DNA of 7,647 nucleotides from a virus. Taxonomy: Duplodnaviria > Heunggongvirae > Uroviricota > Caudoviricetes. Every line of letters begins with the position of its first letter. Position 1 is the first letter of the stretch. The notes beneath the pieces are model-generated. The model made no database searches and was not told the origin of the DNA. It was given only the letters and a program-made list of their open reading frames with translations. Both the position numbers and the translations under genes were made by a program. Below are positions 6,019 through 7,647 of the stretch, piece after piece. The stretch lies in IMG/VR virus record IMGVR_UViG_2690316243_000010, one strand, 5' to 3'.

Positions 6019-6218
6019 ATAGATTTCCTTCTTGGTTATTCGGGATAAGAAGGATACCACCTCGCCTGACGTGGTTAAAAGCAGGCACACAACGCGAAAT
6101 GACGCGGCGGTAAGTATGGCGGAGTTATTCCTTCCCCGTTGAGGACACCGGGTTGTCAGGTTGACCATACGCTTAAGTGACAACCACGCCACAACACTCC
6201 ATGTTGATTGGTACCTTT

Positions 6219-6259
6219 GGCGGCATCAGTTTCATTGCTGGCTGATGTCCGCCCTTTTT
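6219..6259 (+). terminator. Rho-independent terminator, + strand only
   Basis: 11-bp stem GGCGGCATCAG (6219-6229) pairs with CTGATG(T)CCGCC (6242-6253) with one bulged T and a 12-nt loop, followed by CTTTTT. The opposite strand has no U run after the hairpin. Confidence 0.7.
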
Positions 6260-6260
6260 A

Positions 6261-6427
6261 AAGTGAATTTTGTGATGCGGTGAATGCGGCTCAGCGCACG
6301 CGGCACAGTTAAAAAGCGATTAGTTCCCCCGTATCGGGTGGTTATGGGTTTCCCTGTATCCGGCGTTAATTGTTAACTGGTTAACGTCACCTGGAGGCAC
6401 CAGGCACCGCATCAACAAAGTTCACTT
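6261..6427. repeat. Imperfect 22-23 bp inverted repeat flanking a 122-bp repeat-rich segment
   Basis: Left arm AAGTGAATTTTGTGATGCGGTG at 6261-6282. The reverse complement of the right arm at 6405-6427 is AAGTGAACTTTGTTGATGCGGTG (21 of 23 positions, one indel). The interior holds GTTAAC-TG-GTTAAC (6372-6385), hairpin CCTGG-AGGCA-CCAGG (6390-6404) and direct repeats CCGTATCGGG / CTGTATCCGG. Confidence 0.6.
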
Positions 6428-6746
6428 CGGTGATGAAAGGAAAGAGAAAATGTTGAATGTAGCTATTGAAAACCAGAACGGGTGGAATTATAGTGCACCT
6501 GCACCTTATAAAACGGGTGCCGGGCGTGGAAACCCGAACGTTACTCGAGCGCATAGCCGCGCTGAAGCGGTTTTTTTATGCGTAATGCACAGCTCCATTC
6601 AAATTATGGTGGGATGTGCAGGGCAGTCGCAAGACTGGCCGGGTTCTCGAGTGACCGGTATTTCCACCCCTGTACGTCTCACCACCCTTATGGTCGTGGA
6701 AAACCTCGGTGGTGAGTTAATTAACTTATCACTCGAGGATGCCATC

Positions 6747-7304
6747 ATGGCTACTATCCCTGCCCTTTCTCACCCTGACGTAACCATCGAAAATGGTCGC
6801 GCTGTCACTACGTCTATTGCGATCGCAGAGTTCTTTGGCAAGCGTCACGACAATGTGTTACGTGCCATCGCAAATACTGAATGCTCACCTGAATTTAACG
6901 CCCTCAATTTTGAGGACGTCACCTACACTGACGCCAAAGGCGAAAAACGCCCGATGTACCAAATCACCAAAAACGGCTTCGTTTTCCTGGTGATGGGATT
7001 CACTGGCAAAAAAGCCGCTGCATTTAAAGAAGCCTACATTGCTGAGTTCGATCGCATGGAGGCCGAACTGCGCCAGAATAACACCCCACCCACTGACAAA
7101 ATAATTCCAGGCGATGGCCGCACCCTGGTTGTTCACTTCGACGAACGCGGCAACATCAGATTCACCGAAACCGTTCCTGATGGCGCACGGGTCTGTACCA
7201 TGGAGACTTTCCGGTTTTATCTGGAAGAACAGGGATGGACTCTTGTTAACCGGGGCGCAATTAAAAATATGACTGTAGAGCAATTACTCAAAATTCATTG
7301 TTGA
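6747..7304 (+). CDS. Rha-family phage regulatory protein (Phage_pRha domain), about 185 aa
   Basis: ATG at 6747 with GAGGA Shine-Dalgarno 7 nt upstream. Sequence block AIAEFFGKRHDNVLRAIAN...MYQITKNGFVFLVMGFTGKKAAAFKEAYIAEFDRME is characteristic of Rha/ORF6N-type phage regulators as I recall them. The in-frame upstream extension to 6450 has a possible Shine-Dalgarno but non-protein-like composition, so the start is uncertain. Confidence 0.8.
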   Translation: MATIPALSHPDVTIENGRAVTTSIAIAEFFGKRHDNVLRAIANTECSPEFNALNFEDVTYTDAKGEKRPMYQITKNGFVFLVMGFTGKKAAAFKEAYIAEFDRMEAELRQNNTPPTDKIIPGDGRTLVVHFDERGNIRFTETVPDGARVCTMETFRFYLEEQGWTLVNRGAIKNMTVEQLLKIHC

Positions 7305-7314
7305 GGACGCGATA

Positions 7315-7503
7315 ATGGAAACGTTATTACCAAACGTTAATACGACTGAAGGTTGTTTTGAAATTGGTGTCACTATCAGTAACACGGTATTTACTGAAGA
7401 TGCCATTAACAAGAGAAAACACGAACGGGAGTCATTAAATAAAATATGCATTGTTTCAATGCTGGCTCGTTTGCGTCTGATGCAAAAAGGATGCTGGCGA
7501 TGA
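7315..7503 (+). CDS. Small hypothetical protein, 62 aa
   Basis: ATG at 7315 with GAGG 8 nt upstream, right after the Rha stop. Its stop overlaps the next start (ATGA at 7500-7503). The coupling supports it being real; no family recognised. Confidence 0.45.
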   Translation: METLLPNVNTTEGCFEIGVTISNTVFTEDAINKRKHERESLNKICIVSMLARLRLMQKGCWR

Positions 7504-7647
7504 ATACAGCATTTGCACTCGTTCTGACCGTTATTCTTAATACGGGCGAACCAGCTGAACTGGTTACCGGAGTATACAACTCCATGAAAGAATGCGTGGC
7601 TGCTGCAGCTGAACAGAAAATTCCCGGTAACTGTTATCCGGTTGATA
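7500..7647 (+). CDS. Hypothetical protein, 5' partial (runs off the window), with a hydrophobic N-terminal segment
   Basis: Starts MNTAFALVLTVILNTGEPAELV..., a possible signal or membrane anchor. Open to the window end. Translationally coupled to the upstream small ORF. Confidence 0.5.
   Translation, partial: MNTAFALVLTVILNTGEPAELVTGVYNSMKECVAAAAEQKIPGNCYPVD

Noticed and set aside
6390-6404. CCTGG-AGGCA-CCAGG hairpin read as a lambda-type boxB nut site
   Set aside because: The size is right, but there is no recognisable boxA (CGCTCTTA-like) upstream and no Arg-rich N-type protein encoded nearby. It is kept only as one element of the inverted-repeat block finding.
6885-7283. 132-aa minus-strand ORF antisense to the Rha gene, and + strand ORF 6793..6993
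   Set aside because: Both lie inside the Rha coding region, where the Rha frame carries a recognisable conserved domain. The 6885..7283 ORF is antisense; the 6793..6993 ORF is same-strand but out of frame.
1-7647. CRISPR arrays, tRNA or rRNA genes, integrase or att sites
   Set aside because: I found no regularly spaced direct repeats with unique spacers, no cloverleaf-like or rRNA-like sequence, and no recombinase ORF. The window appears to be internal to the prophage.

Overview
This window reads as the immunity and replication core of a lambdoid (Rac/CP-933P-like) enterobacterial prophage. Left to right on the + strand: a leftward (minus-strand) replication operon consisting of a Cro-like YdaS, a YdaT (CII functional analogue), an O-like initiator with internal iterons, a DnaC-like helicase loader, a DUF1627-like protein and a gene interrupted by a 198-nt N run. 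Diverging from it is a rightward operon encoding a CI-like non-cleavable repressor followed by a ParE-family toxin-antitoxin pair, which matches the paaR2-paaA2-parE2 three-component module as I recall it. After an intrinsic terminator comes a second operator cluster, then small early-left genes, a convergent AT-rich small ORF, a second terminator, a repeat-dense non-coding block, and a Rha-family regulator operon. All identifications are from reading the sequence and from memory of protein families; no database search was run. Most of the region looks like a described system. The parts I cannot explain from known features are the inverted-repeat block at 6261-6427, the Rha leader, and the small convergent ORF at 5818-6018.
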